A stretch of DNA of 64,000 nt from Zygnema circumcarinatum SAG 698-1b. Taxonomy: Eukaryota > Plantae > Zygnematophyceae. Each line of letters begins with the position of its first letter. Position 1 is the stretch's first letter. The notes below the pieces were generated by a model. That model made no database searches and was not told the origin of the DNA. It worked only from the letters and a program-made list of their open reading frames with translations. The stretch lies in contig CM074807.1 in NCBI GenBank assembly GCA_037447605.1, positions 4,223,380-4,287,379 on the forward strand. The letters run 5' to 3'. A program made the translations under genes and the position numbers. Positions 25,001 to 38,917 of this stretch are shown in pieces.

Positions 25001-27613
25001 TAAACATCGTGTGAATGTTTGTTTCGCTGCCTTGGAGAGTGCAGGTTCGCATGGTGACCGGCGATAACGCGATGACTGCGAAAGCCATTGCGGCGGAATG
25101 CGGCATTCTCTCGCCGGGCGGGCTCATTATGGAGGGCCGCGCCTTCCGGGCACTTTCGCGGGAGGAGATGCTGCAGATCATTCCGCGCATTGATGTGCGC
25201 TGCCGCTTTTGCTTTCGCCCCGCAGCGCTGAGTTCATGCTGGGAAGAAGGGTCGGGAAAGGGGGGGGACTCATCTGGACGGGTTTGCGGGCAGGTGCTGG
25301 CCCGCTCTTCACCCACCGACAAACTCACCATGGTGAAGATGCTGAGGGAGATGGGAGAAGTGGTGGCTGTTACAGGCGACGGAACTAACGATGCTCCTGC
25401 ACTGCACGAGGTGAGGGCGGGGGCAGACCATGCAGGGGATGTGCAGCACCTCTGCATGCATGCGGGCATTGCGGATGGTTGGAGGGGAGTGGCGAGCTCG
25501 ATTTTAGCTCATTTTTGCTCACATTTTCTGTTCATTTGGTGTTTCCAGGCAGATATCGGGCTGGCGATGGGCATTTCTGGTACAGAAGTGGCAAAGGAGA
25601 GCTCGGACATTATCATTTTGGACGATAACTTCACTTCTATTGTCAAGGTGTAATTGCTGCTCCACAGGGGAGAGGAAGGGATAGAATCTATCTTTACCAT
25701 TTGACCCTGATTGCACATCACGGGTGACCGAGCTTTGGACATAAGACGGTTTTGAAACGCTCGGGCGTGTGGCATGCACGAGCTGATCATATCCGCGGCA
25801 ACGGCCATTCATTGGCTGGCTGTGCCCCAGGCCTAAGGTCGCAGGCTAAGGCCACAGCGGCGAGAGCGGGTGCAGGTCCTGCGGTGGGGCCGAGCGGTGT
25901 ACGCGAACCTGCAGAAGTTCCTGCAGTTCCAGCTCACGGTCAACGTGGTGGCGCTAGTCACCAACTTCGTGGCGGCGAGCTCAAGCGGGGAAGTGCCCCT
26001 CTCGGCAGTGCAGGTACAGAAGGGAGAGAGGGGGGACGGGCACAGCCATGAAATTTTCCTTTACAGTGAGGTTGCGGAAGATAGATAGGTAGCTTCTTGG
26101 GGCAAATAAGTAATTATACCTCTTTGTTGGCGGGTGGGGGGGTGGGCTGTGGCAGCTGTTGTGGGTGAACCTGATTATGGACACACTGGGCGCGTTGGCG
26201 CTGGCGACCGAGCCCCCCACGGAAGAGTTGTTGGACCAACCGCCGGTTGGCCGGAAGCTTCCTCTCATCACCAACATCATGTGGCGCAACCTGCTGCTCA
26301 TGTCGTGTTACCAACTCACGGTTATGCTAACGCTCAATTACCGAGGGATGGATATCTTCAATTTGGGGGACGACGAGAGAGCGAAAGAGGTTAATCGAAC
26401 AATAATATTCAATTGCTTTGTCTTCAGTCAGGTAAATGAAGGCCGTTTCCGTTTGCAGGTTTAGAAGCTGCAGTTGCAAGAATTGCAGTGCAAGATCACG
26501 TGTCCCCAGCTGACGTTGAAACTGACTGTCTGGCAGTCATAGTTTTGGGAAAAAGCTCATAAGGAGAAGTTGTGTGACACTGTTATTGTGATTTTGTGGC
26601 GCAGCTCTTCAATGAAATCAATTCGCGTAAACCAGACCGTGTCGACGTATTCTCGGGAATTTTCAAGAACCGCATCTTCCTGTCTATAATTATTCTCAGT
26701 GCTGCCTTCCAAGTGAGTGAGAGGGCTTTGCTACATCAAGGGATTTGTTCGTCTTTAGCGTCTGTTTTCACCTTTTGCAAATGTTGTGTCTCGGCCGTTT
26801 TCTTTCTAAAGTGCAATGCTTGCCCCTCTTGCGCTGCGGCAGGCAGTGATTGTGGAGTTTTTGAACGATTTTGCGTCCACGCAAGGCCTGACCTGGCAGC
26901 AGTGGCTCATCTCCGTCGCCCTCGGCAGCATCGCGTGAGTGCCAACCCCCCTTAGAGTGTTTACAAGTAAAGAGATTCTACAATTTTGCATTATAATGTT
27001 AATGTTTTTTGTTATCGTGGTATGGCAAAAAAACATACTTTTCACCTATAGTCCATGCGGTTCATTTCATATCGACAAGTCTTCTTAAATTCATAAAGAA
27101 TTAAAAAAATAAAGTTAGTTCGAACAAACAAGTACACCTAATTGTATACTCAGATTGTTACCCGGTTTACCTCCCATAGGGGGCATTCGTGACTTTCCGA
27201 CTATTCATGTCGAATGGGGCGCTGCATGTGCAAAAGGATTTGCAATGTGTAACGACATTTGAGTTTGGATGGAGCAGGCTGCCGTTGGGGGCTGCCATCA
27301 AGTTCATTCCGGTTCCTCAGCGACCCTTTTCGCAGTTCTTCCCCCGGTTTCGAAGGTGGCGGCGGAGGCGTCCTCCTCCGCCTACGATTTTGCGGGAGGA
27401 CGGGGAGAGAAGTAAGTCAAGTCAGCTCCATGCACTGCGGAGAAACTGTCTTTGTGGCTGGCGGGCCGCTGCTGAGTGCTGAGCGGCGGGAGGCTCGTTT
27501 TCTTCTTCCTGAGTGGTGGTGGTGGTGGTGGTGTGGCCGTTGCAGCGGACTCGTCTTCGGGCAGACGGCGAGCGGACGCTTCGGCTTCTGCTACTGCAGC
27601 CGCGGTGGCGTAG
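19033..27613 (+). CDS. ACA: Autoinhibited P2B Ca2+-ATPase, ACA8/9/10 clade, ~30 exons
   Basis: N-terminal CaM-binding region [17 protein letters not shown]|[15 protein letters not shown]. Also [29 protein letters not shown] (~23105-23135), [43 protein letters not shown] and FNEINSRK. All checked donors are GT. Last exon (27546-27613) is tentative. Confidence 0.97.
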
Positions 27614-28821
27614 CGGGGGGAGGGGGAGGGGGAGGGGGGGACGGGGGTACAGCGGGGGGTGGCGAGCAGTGAGTGATGGGCGGAGGGGGGCGGGCGGGCG
27701 GGCCGAGCAGTGGGCTCAGGGGGGGGACGTAGTCTTGTCTTTCATGTATCATTATGATTGTTATTACTAGGAAACTTTTATTGTGCAAATGACATTTAAC
27801 GGAACCGGGAACTTGGAAATGGAACACAGCGTACGTGCATGTGCATGTGCATGTGCTGGAAGTATGTAGGCAGGCACGCAGGCTGAGAGGCAGGCAGGCA
27901 TGCAAGCAGGCAGGGGCCGCACCTCGTCGAATACTGTACGTGCTCGAGGATGCGTCAGAGGAAACGGCGTTTGCTGTCACCTGGCATCAGTCCCGAAGGC
28001 CAACAATTGCTTGCCAATGGCTGGCCGGTCAATGTTTCACAACCACTGGCAACGGCTGGAAACGAATACCACACTTGTGCAAACACACCGAACAACAACT
28101 GCGATGGTCGAACACTCGTCACAAGCCTTCGATACAGATGGAACCTAACCATAGCGCCGCAAATATGAAGAATTCGTTTGGCCCAAACTTTAATAAAAGT
28201 TCACTTTACGCTTCTCAGGTTCGAACAATCAGCAATGGTCAGGCTACCATGCCAATGGGCGACTGGTCGACCGACCAATGTTTGCAACCATTCGAAATAA
28301 CTGATTGGTTTATCCGTCAATCAATGATTCCAACCATTATCAATGGATGCTTACCACTTTAACCCAGTGGCTGCAACCATTGGCAATGATTGCCAGCCAA
28401 GACTGCAATGGTAGGAACCATTCCAATGGTTGGATTCAAAGGTCCCACCTGCGCCGTGCTGTGCTGCCCTGTCCTGTGCTGTAGTCAGCTGCACAGTAAG
28501 GGGCGCGGCCGGTCCAACGTGCAGCTTCCAAATGCTGACCCGACAATGGTCGTGCTGTAGGGCCTTGTGCGGGCTGAGGCTGCGCTTCAGCGCCACCATA
28601 CTATAGCCCCGGCAACTGCAAGCATTGTCCTACAGTTGGCGGTGCCTTTGCATGGCGCTGTCGGATGTTGGCCCATCGCCTGAGAGGAGCTCAGCAAGGC
28701 CCTCTACTGTACCGTACCGTACCACCGACTGGACTATGTAAAGCGCAAGCAAACAGACGCAGGCCAGCCATTCCGCTCACTCCGCAACAGGGAAAGAGAT
28801 GCAGCGCAGCATGACTTAAAG

Positions 28822-31800
28822 TTAGTCAAAAGTTTGTCGTAGCTGCATCTCCGTTTCACTTTTCCAAGTCGCATGAGTAGACTGCCCTTTCATTCTCTTT
28901 ATCTTTTCCTTGTCCTTCACAAACCCCCCGCGCTTCTTCAGCCCTCCATCTGCCCCACCGTCTGCGGGCACGGGCCGATCAGAACACTGTGGACAAACCA
29001 TGCCTCCGCGAGCCGCTGAAAATGTCTTTGGCAGTTGACAGGTGTCGCACAAACTGCCAGAACCCAAGCCAAAAGGGAAAAAGGGAAAAAGGGAAAAAAG
29101 AAAGGGGGGAAAAATGTTTAGCATCCGTTGCAGTGCTTCAAACACTTCTCCCTCTCCATTGCACGCGAGGTCCAGTTAAATGAACGCAATGATCAGACCA
29201 ACAAACAGACACTCAATCTCAAAAGCTGAGACGAGTTGCCAGATTTTCTGCTCTATCACACTATTGCACAAAAACTTGCGACCGTTTTTGGAATTACAAT
29301 TCAAACGGGTCAAGATCCTGGGCTAGGCTGCCGTTCGCGTCTGACAATCTCAAGGGGCGCATCAGCAGGACTGCAGGCAGGGCACCCACCTGAGCAAGTG
29401 GGCGGCGTCTTGAATCGGAGGCATTTGCACGCTGATCGTCCGGCTCGGTTCTGCGGCTCGTCCCTGCGAAGAAGGCGTTGTGGGCTCCCCCACTTTGGGG
29501 CCTCCAACAGATGGGGCCGCTCGCTGCGGCTTGGCTGTGATCACAGCCCCTGCACAGGCCAGCCTCACTCGGTGACAAACAAACGATACAGCAAGCAGGC
29601 TTTGGAAGCACAATGACACTCCCAACACAACGCAAGAACACAATATCATAGTTGATGCTTCGTACACGAGATACCAATAATGACAAAGAATCCAATAGAG
29701 TGCCCCCATTTGTGCTGACCTCCATGTGAGGAGGGTTGAGAAGCTAATAAAGAACTGCGGGACGCTTTTCTGGATGGTATGGGCTGAAGAGCGGCTGGTC
29801 GCAAAAATTCAGGCGGCCCCGTGACCTGCAGGCAACAGAGGGGCACAATCTCCGCGACTTTGGTTACTCTTATGGATTTGAAGGCAGCATGGGACACGTG
29901 CCTCGCGCATGTTCCTATCCTCTCACAAAAAATTCATTCTGCCAAGGCTCTGTGAGGAGCGCTAAAACTGGCTTTCTGCTTTTCTAAACGTCAACCATTC
30001 TCTGTCAAGTTATCCATGTGATCCCTAAAGCCGAAAATATTTATAGAATGCCTTCGTGATTCCAAATTATTGCTGTCACTTCACCCTGACTCTGATAATT
30101 TAGTCTGGTTGCAGAGAGGGAAAACCAGTATGCATAAGATATGTTTCGCCTCCACATATGTCCTGTGCTTCCTGTCATTAATCCCGGTATAATTAATTAT
30201 CCTCATCAACTTATCATCAGTTGCGGCCCGAGCTTGCGGGAGAAGGCGACAAAGTTATAACCGCTCCTAATATCAGAATAATACTTCCTTAAAATACCAT
30301 GATTACCAAGAGAAAATATTCTGATTTTACATCACCGTTACTGATGTGAACCGTCAAGGTTGAGAATCAGCTATCCCCCAAAACCTATCAAGAATTTTCC
30401 AGGGCATTTTACCCCCTTGCTGCTCTGAATGGTTTTGGTTTTTGGTTTTTTTGCAAAATGAAAGAATGGAATGGTCCTTTCTCACTCACACCTCCCTCCC
30501 TTCTTGTCTCCCCTTCAGCATAGGCCCTTCTTACTTCAATTCCTTCACTCTCTCCCTCTCCGTCTCCCCCTCCCTTTTCCTCCCACCCTTCCCTCTCTCT
30601 CCCCTCTACCCATTTTCCCTCCCTCCCTGCCCTTCCCACCCATTTTACCTCCCTTTTCCTTTTTCTCTTCCATTTTCCCTCTCACTCTCTCCGCCCCCCT
30701 CCCTCTTTCTCCCCCCTTTACCTCTGTTTCTCCCCTCTACCCATTTTCCCTTCCATCTCGTTATCCGTCATTTCTCCTCCGTTACTCTCAAGCACAATGT
30801 CATGCGTATTTTCATTACTACCTTTTTACATTATTATTACATTTGCATTATTCGCATTATTTGCATACGTATATGCAAGTTCTGAAATAGAATTTGAATA
30901 TTAGAAACCTCAAAGAGAGAGAGAGAGAGGGAGGGAGAGAGGGAGAGTACGGAGGGAAAAGAGGAGTAGAGATTAGAACACACTTTAGGGATTTCTCTTT
31001 TTCCAAGGGAATCTCTTAATCATTTCTAGAGTCTTGTAGGTTACATGTGTCTCCATTCCGTTAAGCCAACATTCTTCGTTACTGTTGAGTTTTAGGGTTT
31101 CTTTTCCTGCCTTATAATCTTCACGTTGTGATTTCTGCCGTATGAAGATTTTTTCGTTGATAGCCCTTAGCTTTAGGTTTACTTCAGCTTCAAGAGGCAC
31201 ACTCTCCTCTCTCTCTCTCTCTCTCTCTCAAACCGAAGGACAAAGTTATACCCTATTTGCAGTTATCACGAGGCCCGATCCTGACGCCATAGCTTCATCA
31301 GGCTTCTATAGTACATGCCTTGTACCTGGTCATCACGAACTGAAGGTTGCACTCTTATCAAGTTTAACTAGTGAGAACAGGTCAACCAAGCGACCAGGTC
31401 ACTACCTGCACTAACGCACATCGCTTGTGTTAACTCTCGATGCTTAAAACTCAATGCAAATACTCGTTCTGCTTCATTACTTTCTCATGACAACACAGCA
31501 AAACAGGCAATTCTTCCATTTGGATTTGTAATTTACATGATGCTTATACTCCTCGTTCTTATTCTTCACACCATATCTACCCGGAAAGTCACATCTTACA
31601 AGCGTTTTTATCGTTTCTTGCTCTGCATACACCTTTCCAGCCTTTCCTTTCCAGTTCTTTCCCGCCCGACAAAATTACATTAAACTAACATACATGATGA
31701 CATGGTTTTCTATGATTTTTCATAACTAAGTCACTACGACACAGTTCTGAAGCCAAATTTGAAATGTCAATTGAAGGTTGTGATCATATGTTTGACTTGG

Positions 31801-32592
31801 ACATTGGAGCACTTGACAAATTATTCGCAAGATGGGCGAAGCTGGTCATTAGAATTTGTCGGGTGGCCCTTCGACTTCCTCTGGGCGTGTGTCAGTGCGT
31901 GATATGAGACTAGCATTTTTCTATATGTCGAAATGTAGAAATATTGCTTCACAAAGGAGAATAGCTTGGTTATATCGGCCGACCCTTTCTGAACATACTC
32001 CAAACCACGGTTTGATATTGAGCTGGAGATAATGCCAATTTGATAACTAACGAATGAAATACCATGGCAAGTGCAGAATTCCGATTTCCGAGGAGGTTTT
32101 AAATTTCATGATTCAAGCTAATTCTGTGGCACTATCACAAGTGGGCATTCTCCTGGTGCCAACATTCTAGGAGGTCATGATGTAGACAACTTCAGCATTT
32201 CTGCAGCAGCATGTTAGAACAATCAATAATGTGGCAGCACTTTCCTCTATAACTATCAGTCTACCATGTGAACATCATGCAATAATATGATTGAGAAAGA
32301 GCACTAGCTGACGAAGAATTGAGCAGGGTACCTCTGAGAAAACATCTGCTGCAGAAGGAAGTCCCGAGCCCGCGGTGGTTGCTCCAAGCGGCGTAATTCG
32401 TTTGGCGAGATCTCCAAACACACCGAACGCCGAAGGCTCGTCCGCCTCAGCGCGTTCCTGTTCCTGCTCCTGCTCCTGGTCCTGGTCCTGCTCCTGCTCC
32501 TGGTCGTCATCATGCGCGCGGCGGTCGGCGTCGGCGTCGGAGTCCGAGTCGTAGGCCTGCACGAGCGCCAGCGCCAGCGCAAGCCCGCTCAT
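28822..32592 (-). CDS. ~252-aa protein with acidic N-terminus, CxxC...CxxC motif and C-terminal KIKRMKGQS-HATWKSETEMQLRQ-FD
   Basis: Four exons 32592-32332, 29825-29720, 29549-29390, 29053-28822 join in phase (0,1,2) at canonical GT-AG sites into 759 nt. The C-terminal motif resembles a conserved uncharacterised plant family (recalled, not searched). Confidence 0.8.
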
Positions 32593-32964
32593 GGCCTCCC
32601 TCCCTCCCTGCCTCGTGCCTGCCCCCACCTGCCCTCCCTCCCTCCCTCCCTCCCTCCCTCCCTCCCTCCCTCCCTCCCTCGTGCATGCCCGTCCCTCCCT
32701 CCCTCCCAGGGACCCTCCCTCCCTCCAGCGCCCGGCAGGCGGCCAGCCGTACGGCAGCAGCAGCAGCAGGAGGCACCCGCCCGCCCGGTGCGGCTCTGTC
32801 CGTACGGCACCTGGACCGTACAGTGCAGTTCCGTGCCGTACGGTGGCGCCGCGGTCTATCGCCACTGCCTCGCCTCGCCCTCGGCTTGACTCGGCCTACG
32901 GGTAAGGGAAGGGCAGCCAGGCAGGCGGGCAGGCAGGGAGGCAGGGAGGGAGGGAGGGAAGGCC
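32593..32964. promoter_or_regulatory. 372-bp putative bidirectional promoter region
   Basis: Two ATGs (32592 on minus, 32965 on plus) diverge across a GC-rich segment with (CCCT)n, (GGCA)n and CCGTA motifs. Confidence 0.65.
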
Positions 32965-35900
32965 ATGGCCATGGCTGCGGCGCTGCGCACGCGGACGCAG
33001 GCGGTGTTCGTGGCGCTGCTGCTCGCGCGCGCCTCGGCCGCTGTGCATCCCTACAAGGACACGGGCTTCTTCCAGACCGCCGACGCCTGGCTCTTCCGCG
33101 GCGGCCGCGAGGGTCTCTTTGCCTCCTCGCCCAGCGCCGTCAAGCACTGGCACACCATCGCCAAGGGCATCGCCAACGGCGAGTCCTATGTGCGGTACGC
33201 CCCTCTCTCCTCCCGCATTGCCATCCTCGCTATTCTGCACTTGCAACGCTGCACCGCTGTAAGAAGCGTCGTCCATTTCGAACAGGAAGACCGTAAGATT
33301 CACTGTAAATTGGTACTGTTTCCTGCCATTCTCTTAACGGGTTAGATCTAACGATGTTGTGAGGTAAAAGTGTTCGTACGTATCATTTGGTTGGACCTCG
33401 TTCTTGCCTATGTGGTGGCAACCTGCTCAACCCTTTTTTACAATGTCGCATAATCGAATGATTTCACAGAATGCCACTTCCTTATGGTGCACCCTAGACG
33501 GATCAGAGATGCCAGTTTTCATTAGATGTTGTTTAGCCTGAACCGTCAAATGCCTTCCAGATCTATTCTCTGAAATCGGTTGTAGTCCGCATTTGAGACC
33601 ATGGCCTCGCCAACTTGGACTTGTGAGCTTGGGAGTCTAGTTCTGCTTTGGCAAATGTCCGTCTGAAATTTCCAGAGTTCTTATCGCCTTTCACTTCTAG
33701 TAGCCACTTGATGATTGTTTATGGTTGCTTCTTTTTTTCTTCAACTGCAACAGCTTTGATCACGTGAAGTTCACACGACCTGCATCAGAGGCTGCCGAGC
33801 ACACTCCTGAGGCCGGAGATACCGGCTTAGTGCAGGCTCTCATGTTTGAGATTGGAGATCGCGTTCGCGTTGGTTACACCGCTCCTACCGGTGTGCGCTC
33901 CTTTTGCTGCTCTCCAGAGCTTGTACGCAAGACTCAATGTACCCCTGGAAAGGTTATAGTAACGCACGCCGATGGCGATAATGCGGTTAGCAATCTCAAC
34001 CCATTGCCTAAGTTCTCAGGATTGGTTGATTTTCTGAGCATCCTTCATTCGCGTCCTGATTTCAGCAACTCTTGGTGTTTTGGTGTCATGATTCTTGTGC
34101 AGTTTCTGACCCACTGCTTATCAGGAAAATTGAGATTTTACTCCGTAAATTTTCAATTGCAGAGCAGGCATTAGATCTGTGGGCACAAATTTTGGCCCCG
34201 TAGCAGGATTAGGTCGACTTTCATTACAGATGAGGTAGTCAAAGCCCGTTTTGCGCATGCTTTTCCTCGCTAGACTCACTGTGTTTTGTTTACGTGCCAC
34301 CCGTCGCCTCTGTCGTTGCTCTTAGCTGTGCACCGTTATGTAATTGGTGATTTGTTATTTATGCTGAGTAGAGTCCTTTTGGACCATCCACTTTTTTGTC
34401 CTTTCGAGGCCTGAGATGTAAGTTTGGGAATCAGTGCTGAAACACCATGTTCAGCCAAAGCCCGCCCAGCAAGAAGAAGGCTTCGATTTGACGAAGCTGG
34501 AGGATGTAACAGAGTGGGAGGCTTCGTGTTTCTGATAAGCAGAGCTGTCAAGAGTATTTCCTTTTGCGGCTTTCTTTCTTGTTAAGAATAGTTTTGGTAT
34601 TCTTACTCGATATGAGGTGACTGAAAGCTTGAGTCTAAATCGTTTTTTTTGCGATTCTGCAGTGGCCTCAAGTGATTGATTTCACGTTTCGTGGAAATAG
34701 TACGACAGTGGAGCCGTCAAGTCTGACAACAAGTGAAATCATTATCACAAAGACAGGGATGTACTATCTGTGGTTTGTTATTTGCGACAAGAATCTTGCA
34801 GGCGTTACCGTGTCCGGCTCAACTGTTTGGAAGAATCCGGGCGGATATTTGCCAGGCCTCATGACTCCATTCATGAGTTTTTACGGACTGATGTCTTTGG
34901 TGAGTGGCTGCGCACTATTTTCATGCAGAGTTCAAACCATTGTCAAACACTACTAGTAGAATTGGAAGTGAATATGTTCTCTGTTACTGTTTTTACACTT
35001 CTAGCCTAGTTTCTTAGAATTAGCTGCAGAGTTTTGTTGCTTATACGCTCACAAATTTGGGTGCTAACAGCGAACGTCTGGATATGACATTCACTGGGCA
35101 TTGGGAGTCAGTAATTTGTCAGTTCTTGTGCCACCGTGGACTCATGACAACCTTCATCCTTTGTCATTTTATTCGCAGGCCTATTTGTTGCTGGGTCTTA
35201 TTTGGTTTCTTCAGTATGTACGTTTCTGGAGAGACATTCTTCAGCTGCAGAATTGCATCACTGTGGTGATTGCCTTGGGCATGTCAGAGATGGCCACGTG
35301 GTACTTTGACTTCGTGAACTTCAACGCCACGGGCGGGCGGCCGTACGGCACCACCCTCTTCGCTGTGTCGCTAGGCGCCGTCCGCAAGACTGTCTCGCGC
35401 ATGCTCATCCTCGTTGTGTCCATGGGCTTCGGGGTGGTGCGCCCAACGCTCGGGGGCCTCACCAGGAAGGTGTGCGCCCACCCCCTGCCGCGGGGAGCAC
35501 GCTGTGCAACTGCAGAACGAGAGAGGGTTAGGATTGTGGAATTGCAAGCGAGAAATGTACAGCTGAATGTTGATGAGTTGGAGTTGTTGGAGTGGCTTCG
35601 GCAGCAACGTGCTTTCTGGGGTCCCACTTATCTCGAGTCAGGCTTGACATCCTTTTCAACAACTTTCCTTTGCGAAATATGAATGCAATGCGTTTGTGAC
35701 TTGCTTGTCAAATTTCAGGCTTTCATCAACAGAAAGCTTATGGATTCTCTCTGGTTTGGCCTTTGATTCCTGCACTTGGCCAGGCATCAGGATGCTCCGT
35801 CGGGCATCAAGGGCATCTGCCCATTATTGCCGTTTGTGTGTATTGCAGTAAAGTCTTGTTGTCTTTAAATCATGACATCGCTTTTCTAATTTGATTGTGA

Positions 35901-37727
35901 TTGCATTCCTTGATAAGAGTCTATTTCCTTTTCTTGGAACTTTTCACGCACTTCAGGTCGATCTTCGAGGCTGTCAGCTTCATACGTTCAAAAGAAGCAG
36001 TCGAATTGCAGTTTCTGATTCAGGATCCTCTGCCCGTGCGCTGTATCATGCAGGTTCTAGCGTTGGGGGGCATTTATCTTTTGGCCGCAGAATTATTGGA
36101 TGTAATGCAGAACGTTGGAGCAATTGACGACCTAAGCAGCAGTGAGCGTATCGTTCTTGTACTACCAGTGGCTGTTCTCGATGCCATTTTTATACTTTGG
36201 ATATTCACTTCGTTGTCAAAGACCCTTGCGCTGCTGCAGGTACAGTCTACCCTCTTGAACTGACTCAAGCATTGGTGGACATAAGTTTAATTGTGTGAAC
36301 ATGTGTGAAGTCAAGCGCTGCTGGAAGGGGCCTAGGGTGAAGGCGCACATACAGTAATGCACAAAATTGGATAAGATTGAGTATTGGAATAGCCCTGCTT
36401 GTCCTCGGTATTGCAAGTCATTGATATCTTGCAAACACCGAGAAACGATCACGGATGGGGTATTCACTAGCGGAGGGTATTGAGTAAAGAAGATATGTTT
36501 TGTGTCCTTCATGCTTCGGGGTCATTTCTCAAAAGGTTCGGGCGATCGTGTCGCGTGGGATAAGGCTTTTTATCGGTTGTTACTCGCCAAGGTGTTAAAA
36601 AGATGTTTTGGTTGAGTCTACGGCTCAATGAAGGCTGCTGGACTCATGTCTGCGACTTGTGGCCTGTGTCCATTGCGCAGGTCAAGAAGGCAACGCATAA
36701 GCTGGAGCTGTATAGAACATTCACCAATGCCTTGGCACTATCTGTCGTGGTGTCTGTGGTGTGGATCGGTTATGAGGTGAGGGGTAGTCTTCAGGAAGTT
36801 GCAATGCTGCCAAGAAGGCTGGTAGCCCCGGCAGTCGTGGCTGTTGACTGGTGCGGGTACCGCCGCCATTTTGGTGCTGTTTACCGTGGCTGTTTCGATG
36901 CACTTGCGACTGCAGATCGCCTAGTGGACAATCTCGGACAATTTCGCACTTGAATTGAAGTGTCTGATGTAGTAATTGCTCGCAGCTTATGAATGGAACT
37001 ACTTCCCTTCACGTGAGAGTGTACTGGGGCAGCCTAAGCGGCGTTTGTTTCTGTCCTTCCTTGCATCATTCCGGTTGAATGTCTGCGCGGGTGCCGGTGA
37101 CAGATGTACTTCAAAGTGACCGACCAGTTCAACGAACGCTGGCAGAGCGACTGGATCACGTCCGCCTTCTGGCACGTCCTCACCTTCGTGCTGCTCTGCA
37201 TCATCTGCATCCTCTGGTCGCCGTCACAGAACGCCACCAGGTCGGCTTTTACCCTCCTCTTTGTCGAAGGACAAGCTTCGCTCGCCTGTAACTTACTTAT
37301 CTTTAGCTTACTTAGTTGTTGTGGTCATTGCACCCATCGGCAATGGTCGGCTGGGTTTATAGGGTTTTTAGGGTTGTTAGTGTTTTCTTTACTGGTTTTT
37401 CTTAGGAAAAAAAAATCCAACAACATGTCTTTGGCAGAGGTAGGCTTGAACCTAGTTTTGTTAGCAAAAAGAGGTGAAAGGAGCACCAAGGCCTCGCCCG
37501 GTCCCAGCATATGCTTCGCAGATGTGCTAACATTCAGACTCTCTTTGGCTGCCAACAGATATGCTTTTTCGGAGGATCACAGCGAAGATATAGATGAGGA
37601 AGAAGTAGCGTTGACAGCCGCTGCGTCGACCAAGGCACAGACCTCCGAGGCGTCCAAGGAGAAGAAGCCTGTGAACACAGATGTGTTCAGCTTGGATGAC
37701 GATGCCGAGGAGGGGAAGCTGGAGTAG
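32965..37727 (+). CDS. GOST / lung seven-transmembrane receptor family protein (TMEM87-like)
   Basis: Signal peptide, FRGGREGL, FCCSPEL, TGMYYLWFVICD...TVWKNPGGYLPG, LQLQNCITVVIALGMSE, RKTVSRMLILVVSMGFGVVRPTLGG, WIFTSLSKTL, WITSAFWHVLTF...LWSPSQN, ending DVFSLDDDAEEGKLE*. Confidence 0.93.
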
Positions 37728-37873
37728 GGCTGGGCTGTCTGCGCTTGGAGGCAGTTGGATTAAATATTTGTAGGTTTATTTACAAGTTGTTGCTTTGCCG
37801 ATGCTATAAAGCCAAAAGCGAAATGTCAGTTTGTGTCTGCTCTGCGGAGTCTGTTTGCCGGCAGCGAGTGGCC

Positions 37874-37909
<36 letters not shown>

Positions 37910-38232
37910 GAAGAGAGGGGGAGGAGAGGGAGAGGGAGGGAGAGTGAGAGATAGGGAGGGAGAAGGAGAAAGTGAGAAGGAGTGTGAGGGAGAGAGGGAG
38001 ACAGGGAATGAGGCGGCGCCTCCTGACCCTGCGGCAGATGAGTGCGTTCACGGGGGCTGCCACTTCAGTCTGGCAGTCAGAGCTGCATGAGAAGGCTCGG
38101 TGCGGCGCATGGACCGAAGTGGCGCAGTGGAGCCAGAGGTGTCCAGTAGTGCATGAGGTTGGAAGCTGCCAGCGGTTGCTGTCCCCAACCCTGAACGTGA
38201 CCCTTATCGGAGTGCCACCTGTATGCACCCGG

Positions 38233-38268
<36 letters not shown>

Positions 38269-38378
38269 TAGGCAGGCGGTGCGCGAGCCAGCCCAAACTC
38301 TTATCGACCGACAGTGCCTTTCCGTTTCGTCGCCTAAACTCGTCAGTCGCCTCCTCCACGCTCCTTCGATGCGCTTTA

Positions 38379-38703
38379 GGGTGGGTTTCCATCAGCCCGT
38401 TATTCCGACGTGGCGTCGTAATGGAGGACGACCCGTGGGTTCCATGAGGCCGTTTCCGCCAACGTGGCGCCGACGTGGCTGCCACGTGGTAACGAGGTAC
38501 TGTTCCACAGGATGCTGCTCCGGAGGTGGTGTAACGCCATTATGACCATTCGCGTGCCGCCACGTCGCTACCAAAGATCCGCAAGCGTGCGACTGCCACG
38601 CTGGCCAACGGCGTTCTGATGGAACTTGTCGTTCCATCTGAAAACGGCATCCTACGTGGACCGTAATGAGCTCGTTACGAAACGGGCTGATGGAAACCCA
38701 CCC
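38379..38703. mobile_element. PIF/Harbinger-type (Tourist-like) MITE E, 325 bp
   Basis: Perfect 23-bp TIR GGGTGGGTTTCCATCAGCCCGTT / AACGGGCTGATGGAAACCCACCC, with TTA TSD at 38376-38378 and 38704-38706. Confidence 0.9.
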
Positions 38704-38917
38704 TTAGTCGTTGGCGATCGTCCGTCCGTCCGGCGGCCTTCCTTCCGCCCCTCCCTCCCTTCGCGCGACGTGCCGTGGCCCACACCGCGGTCGCTTTTCG
38801 AGCCGTGTCGTTGTCGTTGGGGCCGGTCTGAAGCGGTATTCAGTTCAGCTCATATCTTTCTTCTGGCCTCCTCAGCTTCCTCGTGGTTCCCCGCGTTGAT
38901 TTTCTCCATGCACACTA

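Noticed and set aside
30985-31200. 71-aa ORF inside the long intron of the CxxC gene
   Set aside because: Short, no recognisable motif, and no convincing splice sites in phase with the host gene.
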